From Acholeplasmataceae bacterium (lineage in GTDB: Bacteria; Bacillota_I; Bacilli_A; Acholeplasmatales; Acholeplasmataceae), in the NCBI GenBank assembly GCA_023264085.1, contig JALQTF010000058.1, forward strand, positions 1-45,749: DNA of 45,749 nt. Direction: 5' to 3'. Shown piece after piece: positions 1 through 10,404 of the stretch; position 1 is the first letter of the stretch; every line of letters starts with the position of its first letter. The translations under genes and the position numbers were made by a program. The notes under the pieces were generated by a model. It was not told where the DNA came from and did no database searches. It saw nothing but the letters and a program-made list of their open reading frames with translations.

Positions 1-484
1 ACCATGGATGACTTTCAGTAGAGTGCATCATGTATGCATCATATTTTATTTGTATCGATCTTTCATATGCTTTATCTATATCTTTACAAGCAAGATCATA
101 TATTTCTTTAGTATCTATAAAGGAACGGCTAGGTTCACAAACATCGGATATGATGAGTAATTTTCCATAGATATCTAATTTTTTATATCCTGTACAATGA
201 TATGTGACTGCATCTAGTATCGACTGATCATTTATTTGATAACGCGTTTTCCCAATGAAAGCAGCTGAAAGTGCGTGTAAATAATACGGTTCATTTTTAA
301 ATACAGTCATGTGTTCTTTGAATAGGTGCGACCTATGAAATGTGATAGTTTCATGCTTTGTCAAATCATGAAGATAAGCGATTATCTGTGCTTTTTCATG
401 ATTCAAATCATATGTTTTAGAAAAAGTTGACATACATGAAGCGACACCTTCAATATGTTTTAATCGTTTAGGGTGTTTAGACAT
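1..484 (-). CDS. yqeK: HD-domain YqeK-like bis(5'-nucleosyl)-tetraphosphatase (partial; C-terminus lies beyond the window start)
   Basis: Own translation of the minus strand from ATG at 484. It is absent from the ORF track because it runs open to the window edge. Sequence reads MSKHPKRLKHIEGVASCM...IIAYLHDLTKHE...ILDAVTYHCTGY...IISDVCEPSRSF. The HD motif and YHxxG / EPxR motifs fit the YqeK family. It lies directly downstream of yqeG. Confidence 0.75.
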   Translation of the reverse strand, partial: MSKHPKRLKHIEGVASCMSTFSKTYDLNHEKAQIIAYLHDLTKHETITFHRSHLFKEHMTVFKNEPYYLHALSAAFIGKTRYQINDQSILDAVTYHCTGYKKLDIYGKLLIISDVCEPSRSFIDTKEIYDLACKDIDKAYERSIQIKYDAYMMHSTESHPW

Positions 485-524
485 GTATGTATACAGATCT
501 TTCTTTAAAATTGACAGTGTGTCT

Positions 525-1082
525 TTATAATCCATGAATGTCTTTTGAATATGCTTTTAAAGCATCATTGATTAATGTCGGATATTTTTTCAACATTTTT
601 TTTAAAACGAATCGTTCGATCTTTCTATTCGTTCTAGTAAAGAAATGATCACTTCTTTGTTTGACAGGTTTTACTAGAACAGATAAGATATTCATTTTAT
701 TTGCACCAAATATATCCGTCATCAATTGATCACCAATAAAAGCTACATGATCTTTTGAACATGCTGCTTTATTTAAAGCTCTCTTATAGCCTCTTTTAAG
801 TGGTTTTTTCGCACTATGTATATATGGAATTTTAGCATGATTAGACGCTTTAGATACTCTTTTAAAACCACTATTTGAAACAATGATAATACTAAATGCA
901 GATTTTAATTCATTCAAAAACTGAATGTTTTTATTAGAAATCAATGTTTCATCATAACTCATAATTGTATTATCAAGGTCAAAAAACAAGGTATGAATAC
1001 CTTGTTTTTTTAATTGTTCGTATGGTATTTCTTGTATGCTTGAAGCATAATATGATGGTTTAAAGTGTTTATAAATAGCCAT
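525..1082 (-). CDS. yqeG: YqeG-family HAD-IIIA phosphatase
   Basis: 185 aa with HAD motif I FFDLDNTIM and motif IV IGDQLMTDI. The start overlaps the greA stop (TAATG). It is followed by yqeK, as in the Bacillus yqe operon. Confidence 0.8.
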   Translation of the reverse strand: MAIYKHFKPSYYASSIQEIPYEQLKKQGIHTLFFDLDNTIMSYDETLISNKNIQFLNELKSAFSIIIVSNSGFKRVSKASNHAKIPYIHSAKKPLKRGYKRALNKAACSKDHVAFIGDQLMTDIFGANKMNILSVLVKPVKQRSDHFFTRTNRKIERFVLKKMLKKYPTLINDALKAYSKDIHGL

Positions 1083-1555
1083 TATTCAATCGTGAGGATT
1101 TCAATTGTTGATACTTTGTTTGTCTCAGATTTAAATGTGACAACATCTCCAACTTCATGACCTTTTAATGCTTTACCTATTGGTGATTCAATCGAAATTT
1201 TATTGAGTTTTGGATCCACCTCGATACTTGAAATAAAATAAAACTCTTTTTCGAGATTTGCTTCTTGAAATTTAATTTTGACTTTTTTTCCGATATTGAC
1301 AACATCTTCATTGCTTGTTTTAATAATTTTTGCATATTTTAAGATGTTTTCAATTTCTGTAATTCTAGACTCGATACGTGCTTGTTCTGTTCTTGCAGCA
1401 TCATAATCTGCATTCTCTGATAAGTCTCCTTGTGCTCTTGCTTCTTTAAGTGCATCTAAGTTTTCTTGTCTTTTGACGTCAACGAGCTCTTTTAGTTCTT
1501 CTTTTAAATGATCATAACCTTCTTGAGTTAATTGATACACTGGTTTTGTTGCCAT
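1082..1555 (-). CDS. greA: Transcription elongation factor GreA
   Basis: 157 aa. N-terminal coiled coil with DLSENADYDAA and C-terminal ISIESPIGKALKGH motif. Typical GreA length. Confidence 0.95.
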   Translation of the reverse strand: MATKPVYQLTQEGYDHLKEELKELVDVKRQENLDALKEARAQGDLSENADYDAARTEQARIESRITEIENILKYAKIIKTSNEDVVNIGKKVKIKFQEANLEKEFYFISSIEVDPKLNKISIESPIGKALKGHEVGDVVTFKSETNKVSTIEILTIE

Positions 1556-1582
1556 AAAATCCTCCTAAATAATTCTTTTCTA

Positions 1583-2245
1583 TTATAACGTAAATTGACT
1601 TGGAATCGTTAATGTTTTGAGCCTTTTTGATAATTCTTTATCATTCGGACATAACTGATGTTGTAAATCATAAAATGATTTTTGATGGTGAAACTCTTTA
1701 GTATGCGCATACTCATGCATTAATACATAATGAATAAGTAATGGATCTAACATATATAAATATGTGTTAAGTGTGATCGTTTTTTTTAAACGATGATAAC
1801 TTCCAAATTTGGATGTTAGATATTTAAAATGATAGTTTACGGGAGTTATATTAAATAATGTTAAGTGTGACTTTATCTCATTATCATATTTTTTTATATA
1901 TGTTGTCATGGATATTTTTAAAAATAACTTAAACCCTTCATCAAATGATGTTGGATGTACGATTGTTAAATGATTGTCGCTAAAGTCAAATTTGAATTCA
2001 CCTTTTGTATATGACACTGAAATTGGCTTTCCAAGGATCGAATATGATATTGTTTTGAGATTGTTATATGTTTCTTTGATCTTATCTACATTTTCATAAA
2101 GGTACTTTTCAATACTGATGGATGATAATTTCTTAGGTATATTGATGTGACATCCTGAAGTTTTTATTCTTACATACATATGTTTTATCGATTTTTTATT
2201 AATGTATACGGGAACACCCTTATATTCTGAAATAGCACTCTTCAT
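1583..2245 (-). CDS. YgjP-like (DUF45) zinc metallopeptidase-fold protein
   Basis: 220 aa. C-terminal HEYAH (HExxH) motif preceded by KFGSY...ITLN and followed by HHQKSFYDL, the pattern typical of the DUF45/M48-like family. Confidence 0.7.
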   Translation of the reverse strand: MKSAISEYKGVPVYINKKSIKHMYVRIKTSGCHINIPKKLSSISIEKYLYENVDKIKETYNNLKTISYSILGKPISVSYTKGEFKFDFSDNHLTIVHPTSFDEGFKLFLKISMTTYIKKYDNEIKSHLTLFNITPVNYHFKYLTSKFGSYHRLKKTITLNTYLYMLDPLLIHYVLMHEYAHTKEFHHQKSFYDLQHQLCPNDKELSKRLKTLTIPSQFTL

Positions 2246-2877
2246 GATGGACTCTTTTTACTTTTTATGATCATTTCTATGTTTGCGTCTAGATCATGAA
2301 ATTGATGTTTATCTCTAAAACTAACACTAATACCGTCCCCATAAGGTATGATCTTGCTGACATAATGATCATGAGACTGAATGAATGTCTTAAATTTTTC
2401 TAGTTTTTTTAACAATTGTCTTGTGTGTCTTTTTACTTGTGAGGGTTGCAAATGATGAAAATATATATTGTCAACAAAAATCATACCGGATGGATTTAAA
2501 TATTTTTCATACTTATTAAAAAAATTGATGTATTGGCTTTTTGCAGCATCAATAAATATTAAATCATATGTTATATTGTCACATTGATATGTTAATGCAT
2601 CATCATGAATGAGATGAATTCTATGACTTAAAGAACTTTTTTCAACAAATGCTTGTGCGATATCAAATCGTTCTTTATTTCTTTCAATACTCCAAACTTC
2701 TGCCCCTGCCTGAGCCATGATATGTGCACTATATGAAGTGGCAGTACCGATTTCAAGTACATTTTTTATTTGATAGATTTTGATGAGACCCGACAAAATA
2801 ACTGCAACATCGTCAGTAATAATTGGTATGTTGTGTTCTAAAGCATGTGTTTTAATTTGTTGAATCATCTTCATCAA
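2242..2877 (-). CDS. trmR: Class I SAM-dependent O-methyltransferase (YrrM/TrmR-like)
   Basis: 211 aa. SAM-binding VLEIGTATSYSA and FIDAAK motifs of the catechol-O-MT-like family. Its position downstream of alaS-ruvX-yrzB matches Bacillus yrrM. The symbol rests on synteny only. Confidence 0.65.
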   Translation of the reverse strand: MMKMIQQIKTHALEHNIPIITDDVAVILSGLIKIYQIKNVLEIGTATSYSAHIMAQAGAEVWSIERNKERFDIAQAFVEKSSLSHRIHLIHDDALTYQCDNITYDLIFIDAAKSQYINFFNKYEKYLNPSGMIFVDNIYFHHLQPSQVKRHTRQLLKKLEKFKTFIQSHDHYVSKIIPYGDGISVSFRDKHQFHDLDANIEMIIKSKKSPS

Positions 2878-3121
2878 GTTCTTGCTGATACGCTTCTAAT
2901 GCATCTTCTAGTTGTTCCCAAATGGCATCATCTTCGATATCTTTGAATGTGCCTTCTCCTTGATGAGTTTGACTTGGGATATATTCTGCTGCACTCACTT
3001 CATCAGAATCGTTGACTGAGAAGACAACATAGGATTTTTCTTCTATTTCTATAGTAAAAATAATCTCACAAAGTTGTTCATTTCCTTTATCATCTGTAAT
3101 AATTAATTGTTTATCTTCCAT
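2852..3121 (-). CDS. yrzB: DUF1292 (YrzB-like) small acidic protein
   Basis: 89 aa, acidic, with ITDDKGNEQLCEIIFT motif. It lies immediately after ruvX, as in Bacillus. Confidence 0.7.
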   Translation of the reverse strand: MEDKQLIITDDKGNEQLCEIIFTIEIEEKSYVVFSVNDSDEVSAAEYIPSQTHQGEGTFKDIEDDAIWEQLEDALEAYQQELDEDDSTN

Positions 3122-3533
3122 GTTGTATCTCCTTATAATTTAAATAATTTTGTAAAATGATGAGTGCGGCCTGAGTATCTTTTTGTGCTTTTTTCTCTTT
3201 TTGTGATAAGCCAAACATACGCATTGAATCTAATGCAGATTTGGTAGAGAGCCTTTCATCCCATAATATGACGTCAACTCCATTGAGTTTATGTTGAAAT
3301 TCCAAGCTGATTTGAGCGCGATCACCCATATCATTATTCATGTGTTTTGGCAATCCTAAAACAATGTGTGTCACTTCATATCGTTGAATAAGTTTTCTTA
3401 AATACTCAATTGCCAAGTCATAATGATGCTCTTTGAAACGAAATGTTTCTAATGGAGAAGCAATTACACCTGACTGGCTTATTGCAATGCCTAATGTCTT
3501 ACTTCCTAAATCTAAACCTAAATAAACACTCAT
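3111..3533 (-). CDS. ruvX: Putative pre-16S rRNA nuclease / Holliday junction resolvase-like RuvX (YqgF)
   Basis: 140 aa. N-terminal YLGLDLGSKTLGIA and central LGLPKHMNN motifs of the YqgF family. ATGA overlap with alaS. Confidence 0.9.
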   Translation of the reverse strand: MSVYLGLDLGSKTLGIAISQSGVIASPLETFRFKEHHYDLAIEYLRKLIQRYEVTHIVLGLPKHMNNDMGDRAQISLEFQHKLNGVDVILWDERLSTKSALDSMRMFGLSQKEKKAQKDTQAALIILQNYLNYKEIQHGR

Positions 3534-6106
3534 AATACAAGTGCCTTCATCGCATCATCAATAAGATCTAGACGTGAGGTTCCACCTTGAGCAAAATGAT
3601 CTTGACCACCACCAGATCCTTCGGTCATCGAAGCGATTTTCTTAACAAGTACATTGGCAAGTTGCTTTGATGATTTAATTACATAGGATGCCTTTTGATC
3701 ATCTATATTAAACAATACAAGCGTGCCTGGATTTAAGTAATCAAATGCTTGATCCACTAGAGATTTTAAGACTTTTTTATCAATATGATTCACAGAAATT
3801 ACGATCATGTCTTGATTTTTTTCGTACTTATCTAGTTCTATTACAGATAATATGTTTTGTTGATCTTTTTCTATTTTTTGTTTTTCTAAATCTTTGATGT
3901 TTTTTCTTAATACTTCGATGTAAGTTCTAAAATTAATAATGTCCATATAAGTACCTTTAATTTCAGGTACTGAAACAATTAAATCATAAGCTTCTGATAC
4001 TATTTTTTCTTTAATCATTTCGATTTCATCTAAAAATGGCTTAAGTTCTTGTCTCATTTTTTCTTGGACGTGATGGCCAGTAATACCTTCCATACGATAA
4101 ATTCCAGACCCAATTGAACTCAATGATGTAATCGCGAATTGTTGAATATTCTTTGTATTAGACACATGTGTACCACCACAAAGTTCAATCGACCATTCCA
4201 TATCGACGACACGTACTTGATTACCATACTTCTCACCAAAAAGTGCCATTGCACCTTTACGTTTAGCTTCATCTAAGCTCGTTTCATAAATATTCACATT
4301 TAAAGGTTCATCTTTAATGTAATGATTCACGAGTGTTTCTAGTTGGATGATGGTCTCTTGATCAATCGTTTCATAATGATTAAAATCAAAACGACAAGCA
4401 GATTGACTCACTTGTTGACCTTGTTGAAGTGCATGTGAGCCTAACACTTCTTTGAGCGATTGATGAAATAAATGTGCAGCAGAATGATTCTGACTTGTTT
4501 GTAATCGCGCTGTTTCATCTACTTTCGCATGTACACGATCACCTAAATGAAAGACACCTTCTTGACAAAGATGTAAAAACTGTCCATTTGGTAATTTTTT
4601 TACTTCTGTTATCGGAATGTTATCAATCATTCCGATATCGGATATTTGACCACCACTCTCAGCATAGAATGGGGTTTCTTTTAATACAATGCCCTCTTTA
4701 AAAACACCAATAACATTCGTTTCTACTTTAAGTTGATCATAACCAACAAATGTTGATTTTTCAGAGAATTGTAAATAGGCATCTTCTTGTTGGTGCATAC
4801 TCGATGTTTGTTTCATGGATTGTCTTGAGCGTTCTTTTTGTAAATTTAAAGCTTCCTCAAAAGCTTTTTTATTCACAGTAAAACCTTTCTCTAACACATA
4901 TTCTTCTGTTAATTCAAAAGGAAACCCATATGTGTCGTATAATTTAAACGCGACTTCACCCGATAACTCTTGACCATCGATTAAACTTAATTCTTGTTCT
5001 AGTAATTGTTCACCTTCTGAAATTGTTTCAAAAAATTTTGATTCTTCTTGAAAAATGATTTTTGAAAGAATATCTTTAAATTCGTTTAAGTAAGGATAAA
5101 AAGTCTCCATCATATTAACAACAGTAGGAATAAGTTTATGTAAAAATGGTGTATTTAAATTGATTTTTAATCCATATTTAACGGCACGTCTAAGCAATCT
5201 TCTAAGTACGTATCCTCGGCCTTCATTTGACAATACTGCACCATCTGATATTGCAAATGTCAAAGCTTTTATATGATCTGCAATAACTTTAAAAGCCATT
5301 TGTCCTTCATACTTTACACCAGATAATGTTTCGATGGTATGTATGATAGGTAAAAATAAATCCGTTTCAAAATTTGTTTTCGTGTTTTGCAGAATACAAG
5401 CAAAACGTTCAAGTCCTGCACCAGTATCAATATTTTTTTGAGGTAATAAAGGATAGTCTTCTCTAGAAAGTCCTTCTGTTGAATTAAATTGTGAAAAAAC
5501 AACATTCCATATTTCAATGAAGCGCTCATTTTCTATATCATCTTTGATAAGTTCAATGCCTCTAGAATCAAATCCTTCACCACGATCAAAAAATATTTCT
5601 GTATCTGGTCCACAAGGTCCTGGTCCAATTTCCCAGAAATTTCCTTCAACAGGAATAAGATGGTTTGGTTTTATACCTAAATCAATCCATGTATCGTATG
5701 CTTCTTGATCTTCTGGATAATATGTCATATATAATCGTTCTATTGGTATTTGGAAATATTGATCAGAAGTTAAAAGTTCATAGGCATAGTGAATCGCATC
5801 TTTTTTAAAATAATTACCAATAGAAAAATTCCCTAACATTTCAAAAAAAGTATGATGACGCGCAGTTTTTCCAACATTATCAATATCATTCGTACGTATA
5901 CATTTTTGAATATTGGCAATTCTTGGATTATTGGGTTTTTCTCTACCATCAAAATATTTTTTAAGTGGTGCGACACCTGCATTGATCCATAGTAGCGTAT
6001 TATCATTGTGTGGAATAAGGCTAAAAGAAGGCTCAATTGCATGTCCCTTATCTCTAAAAAAGCGTATCCATGTATCTCTTATCTCTTGACCTGAAAAAAA
6101 CTTCAT
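3530..6106 (-). CDS. alaS: Alanine--tRNA ligase
   Basis: 858 aa. Motifs WIRFFRDKGH, RHHTFFEMLGNFS, editing-domain HSAAHL...CGGTH, and a C-terminal DHHA1-like GGGQDHFAQGG. Confidence 0.97.
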   Translation of the reverse strand: MKFFSGQEIRDTWIRFFRDKGHAIEPSFSLIPHNDNTLLWINAGVAPLKKYFDGREKPNNPRIANIQKCIRTNDIDNVGKTARHHTFFEMLGNFSIGNYFKKDAIHYAYELLTSDQYFQIPIERLYMTYYPEDQEAYDTWIDLGIKPNHLIPVEGNFWEIGPGPCGPDTEIFFDRGEGFDSRGIELIKDDIENERFIEIWNVVFSQFNSTEGLSREDYPLLPQKNIDTGAGLERFACILQNTKTNFETDLFLPIIHTIETLSGVKYEGQMAFKVIADHIKALTFAISDGAVLSNEGRGYVLRRLLRRAVKYGLKINLNTPFLHKLIPTVVNMMETFYPYLNEFKDILSKIIFQEESKFFETISEGEQLLEQELSLIDGQELSGEVAFKLYDTYGFPFELTEEYVLEKGFTVNKKAFEEALNLQKERSRQSMKQTSSMHQQEDAYLQFSEKSTFVGYDQLKVETNVIGVFKEGIVLKETPFYAESGGQISDIGMIDNIPITEVKKLPNGQFLHLCQEGVFHLGDRVHAKVDETARLQTSQNHSAAHLFHQSLKEVLGSHALQQGQQVSQSACRFDFNHYETIDQETIIQLETLVNHYIKDEPLNVNIYETSLDEAKRKGAMALFGEKYGNQVRVVDMEWSIELCGGTHVSNTKNIQQFAITSLSSIGSGIYRMEGITGHHVQEKMRQELKPFLDEIEMIKEKIVSEAYDLIVSVPEIKGTYMDIINFRTYIEVLRKNIKDLEKQKIEKDQQNILSVIELDKYEKNQDMIVISVNHIDKKVLKSLVDQAFDYLNPGTLVLFNIDDQKASYVIKSSKQLANVLVKKIASMTEGSGGGQDHFAQGGTSRLDLIDDAMKALVL

Positions 6107-6136
6107 GATTCACCTCGTATAACAACTTGTATTGTA

Positions 6137-6571
6137 TCATATTTTGCTTTCATAAAGCATCTTAACATGTAGAATTCCTTCTTCGATATAAGGTTTAGAA
6201 ATCACTTTAAAGCCAAACTTTTCATAATAATTCGTTAAATATGCTTGGGCGGATATGATAAATGACGCTTGATAGGAAGCCAATATTTCTTTTAGAATGG
6301 CACTTGCATATCCTTGTTGACGTGCATCTTTATGTGTTGCAACCCTCCCAATCGACATATATCCTTCATAACGTTGATCCTTTTTTAAAATACGGGCATA
6401 TGAAACGATTCGATGATCTTTAATATAAAAGGCATGATCTGCTTTAATATCGTCATAATCTGTGTCCACGTACATAATCTTTTGTTCTTCTACAAAAACA
6501 GTCAAACGAAGATTCATAATATCATAAAGCTCTAACGATGTAAGTGCATTAAATGGTTTAATCATCACCAT
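6137..6571 (-). CDS. GNAT family N-acetyltransferase (ElaA-like)
   Basis: 144 aa. Acetyl-CoA motif A GRVATHKDARQQGYASAIL and overall ElaA-like layout. Confidence 0.8.
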   Translation of the reverse strand: MVMIKPFNALTSLELYDIMNLRLTVFVEEQKIMYVDTDYDDIKADHAFYIKDHRIVSYARILKKDQRYEGYMSIGRVATHKDARQQGYASAILKEILASYQASFIISAQAYLTNYYEKFGFKVISKPYIEEGILHVKMLYESKI

Positions 6572-6575
6572 AATA

Positions 6576-7019
6576 TTATCCTCGCTTATTTATTTTTTTT
6601 AGACGCATATTCATATCTTTGGTTTGAAGATCATGCCGTTTATCATGAAGTTTCTTACCTTTTGCTAACGCTATTTCTAATTTTGCAAGGCCATCTTTCA
6701 TGTATAATTTTAATGGAATTATTGTTAATCCTTGCAATTTCTTTTTTGTTTCAAGTTTATTAATTTCATGTTTATGCAATAATAGTTTTCTTCTTCTTGT
6801 TTCATCATGATTAAACAACGATGAAAAAGCATATGATGAAATATGCATATTAATCACAAATGCCTCACTATTTTTTATAAGAATATAAGCATCTTGAATG
6901 TTTACTTTTTTTAAGCGCACAGATTTAATTTCTGATCCTTTTAATACAAGTCCAGCTTCAAATGTATCTTCTATGAAGTATTCAAATCTAGCTTTTTTGT
7001 TTTGAACGATGACGTCCAC
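6576..7019 (-). CDS. smpB: SsrA-binding protein SmpB
   Basis: 147 aa. NKKARFEYFIED...GLVLKGSEIKS motifs and a basic C-terminal tail. Follows rnr, a common arrangement. Confidence 0.95.
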   Translation of the reverse strand: MDVIVQNKKARFEYFIEDTFEAGLVLKGSEIKSVRLKKVNIQDAYILIKNSEAFVINMHISSYAFSSLFNHDETRRRKLLLHKHEINKLETKKKLQGLTIIPLKLYMKDGLAKLEIALAKGKKLHDKRHDLQTKDMNMRLKKINKRG

Positions 7020-8997
7020 GTTGACTCCTTCTTTTTACTTGAGTTACAATTTTAAAATCTATGTGACGTTTGATAATATCAACATTAATGAGTTCTACTT
7101 CTACTTGATCACCTAAGCGATACAATAATCCTCTACGATCTGAATATGAAACTGTATGTTCATGATAAATGACATGTTGTTTAAATGTTCTTAAAGATAC
7201 GAATCCTTCAATACCATTTTCAAGTCTTACAAACATGCCTCTAGAAAGTGTTGCAATAATCATACCTTTAAATGTTTTATGTATTTTTTCAACCATAAAC
7301 TCACAGCTTTTGAGTTGATTCACATCTCTTTCCAACGATAGTGCAACACGTTCTTGATCGGATGTTTGTTTTGCGATATCCATCAAATCTAATTTTTCTA
7401 TAGGGTGATCCTTTAAAACAAACATATGAATTAATCTATGGATGATTAAATCAGGATACCTTCTTATGGGAGATGTAAAATGTGTGTAGTAGGTTGCTCC
7501 TAATCCAAAATGATGACTCAGTTGAGATTCATAGGATGCTTTTTGCATCGCTCTTAATAATATCATATGAATCAAATCTCTTTTTGGATGTTTGTCTGTA
7601 ATTTCAATGATCTTTTGAATATATCTAGCATCTTGTTGTTGACTATGTGGCAAAGCAACACCTAACTGCTTAATGATATGTAATGCTTTTTGTAGTTTAC
7701 CGATGTCTGGGACATCATGTGTTCGGTAAAGTGACGCAATGTGATTGTCACTAAAATGTTTAGCAACTGTTTCATTTGCAAGTAGCATGAGTGATTCAAT
7801 AAGTTTTTCTGCATCATCTTGTTTTCTTAGAGAGACATCGATAATCTGATGATTTTTGATGTGAAATTTAATTTCTTCAGTATGAAAATTCATTTCACCG
7901 CGTTGATATCTCATAATAGATAGTTTTTTAGAGATTTCATTGAGCGTTAAAAGCATTTCATGAAGTTTTTGATTTTTATGTTTTTTATGACCTTTAAGAA
8001 TAAGATTAACTTCATCATAAGTTAATCGATATTTACTCATAATCACTGTAGATTCAAATCGATGTGATACTACAGTGAATGATTCATCTAAAGTCATAAT
8101 AACACTTAGTGTTTTTTTAGGTTCCAAAGGATTTAATGAACATAAATCATTCGATAAATATTCTGGTAACATTGGAATCACTCGATCCGCTAAATAGACA
8201 GAAGTTGTTTTTTCAAAAGCTTGTTTATCAATAGCATCATTTGGTTTGATGTAATGAGATACATCCGCTATATGAACACCTATTTCATAACCTGATGGCA
8301 TCTTTTTCAAATGGATGGCATCATCTAAATCTTTTGCATCTGCACCATCAATTGTAATGACGATCTCATTGTCATAATCAATCTCAGTAAAAGATTCTTT
8401 TTTTATCGACTTTAATTGTTGATAAATGTTTTGATCAAATGATTGTGGCCACTCGTAACTAGAAACAATTTTGTTAGTTTCAATATCAGGATCATGTTCA
8501 TGTCCAATGACTTCCTTGACATGTCCATGAATGGTCAAATCATCTATAGAATCAATTTTAATAGATACTAAATGTCCATCCACAAGTGGTAGATCATAAG
8601 TTATATTCAGTAATTGTTGAATGCTATTAATCGGTTGAAAATATACGATCTCACCTTGTTTATGGCAACGGCAAATAATGAGTGTCAATGCACGTTGTAT
8701 AATCGATACTACCTTGGCTTGATATCCTGTATCATCAACGATTACTAAGTCATCTTGCATCGCACCATTCAAGTATTTCTTATCGAGATAAATATCATCG
8801 TCTGGTTGTCTTAAAAAACCGAACTCTTTTTTGACATCCATCGTTCCAATTGCATGATGTTTAATTAAACAAATTTTGTTATGAAAAACATCTAAATATT
8901 CATTTGTTTTTGCAAGTTTATGGATGTTTGGATCTTCTGTTTCTATACAATTTTGATATCCGTCATAAATTGCCTTAAATAATTCTTTTATGTCCAT
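6988..8997 (-). CDS. rnr: Ribonuclease R
   Basis: 669 aa. RNB catalytic motif IDGADAKDLDDAIH, C-terminal S1 domain (GMIIATLSRGMFVRLENGIEGFV) and a Lys/Arg-rich tail. Confidence 0.93.
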   Translation of the reverse strand: MDIKELFKAIYDGYQNCIETEDPNIHKLAKTNEYLDVFHNKICLIKHHAIGTMDVKKEFGFLRQPDDDIYLDKKYLNGAMQDDLVIVDDTGYQAKVVSIIQRALTLIICRCHKQGEIVYFQPINSIQQLLNITYDLPLVDGHLVSIKIDSIDDLTIHGHVKEVIGHEHDPDIETNKIVSSYEWPQSFDQNIYQQLKSIKKESFTEIDYDNEIVITIDGADAKDLDDAIHLKKMPSGYEIGVHIADVSHYIKPNDAIDKQAFEKTTSVYLADRVIPMLPEYLSNDLCSLNPLEPKKTLSVIMTLDESFTVVSHRFESTVIMSKYRLTYDEVNLILKGHKKHKNQKLHEMLLTLNEISKKLSIMRYQRGEMNFHTEEIKFHIKNHQIIDVSLRKQDDAEKLIESLMLLANETVAKHFSDNHIASLYRTHDVPDIGKLQKALHIIKQLGVALPHSQQQDARYIQKIIEITDKHPKRDLIHMILLRAMQKASYESQLSHHFGLGATYYTHFTSPIRRYPDLIIHRLIHMFVLKDHPIEKLDLMDIAKQTSDQERVALSLERDVNQLKSCEFMVEKIHKTFKGMIIATLSRGMFVRLENGIEGFVSLRTFKQHVIYHEHTVSYSDRRGLLYRLGDQVEVELINVDIIKRHIDFKIVTQVKRRSQRGRHRSKQKS

Positions 8998-9003
8998 TAT
9001 TTA

Positions 9004-9034
9004 GTAAAAAGGTAAGAGTGTTATCTCTCACCTT
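9004..9034 (-). terminator. Rho-independent terminator after eno
   Basis: Minus strand GGTGAGAG-ataaca-CTCTTACC (8 bp with one G-U) followed by TTTTTAC. Located 9 nt after the eno stop. Confidence 0.7.
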
Positions 9035-9042
9035 GTCCTTCG

Positions 9043-10347
<1,305 letters not shown>

Positions 10348-10365
10348 TTACATTTAACCTTTTAT

Positions 10366-10394
10366 ATTATACATGTTTTTCTATTATTTTTAAA
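10366..10394 (-). promoter_or_regulatory. Candidate promoter of eno
   Basis: Minus strand TTTAAA - 17 nt - TATAAT, about 30 nt upstream of the eno ATG (RBS AAGGAGAAA). Confidence 0.35.
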
Positions 10395-10404
10395 TATAAA
10401 TGAA

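Noticed and set aside
4474-6042. Five short ORFs in the track (63-75 aa) inside alaS, either antisense or in an alternative frame
   Set aside because: They lie entirely within the well-supported 858-aa AlaRS gene. Their low-complexity, Leu/Ile/Phe/Ser-rich translations are typical of shadow frames in AT-rich DNA, and none has an RBS or recognisable motif.
6107-6575. Looked for tmRNA (ssrA) next to smpB
   Set aside because: smpB is followed after 4 nt by a GNAT gene and then by alaS after 30 nt. There is no non-coding space for a ~350-nt tmRNA, so ssrA must be elsewhere.
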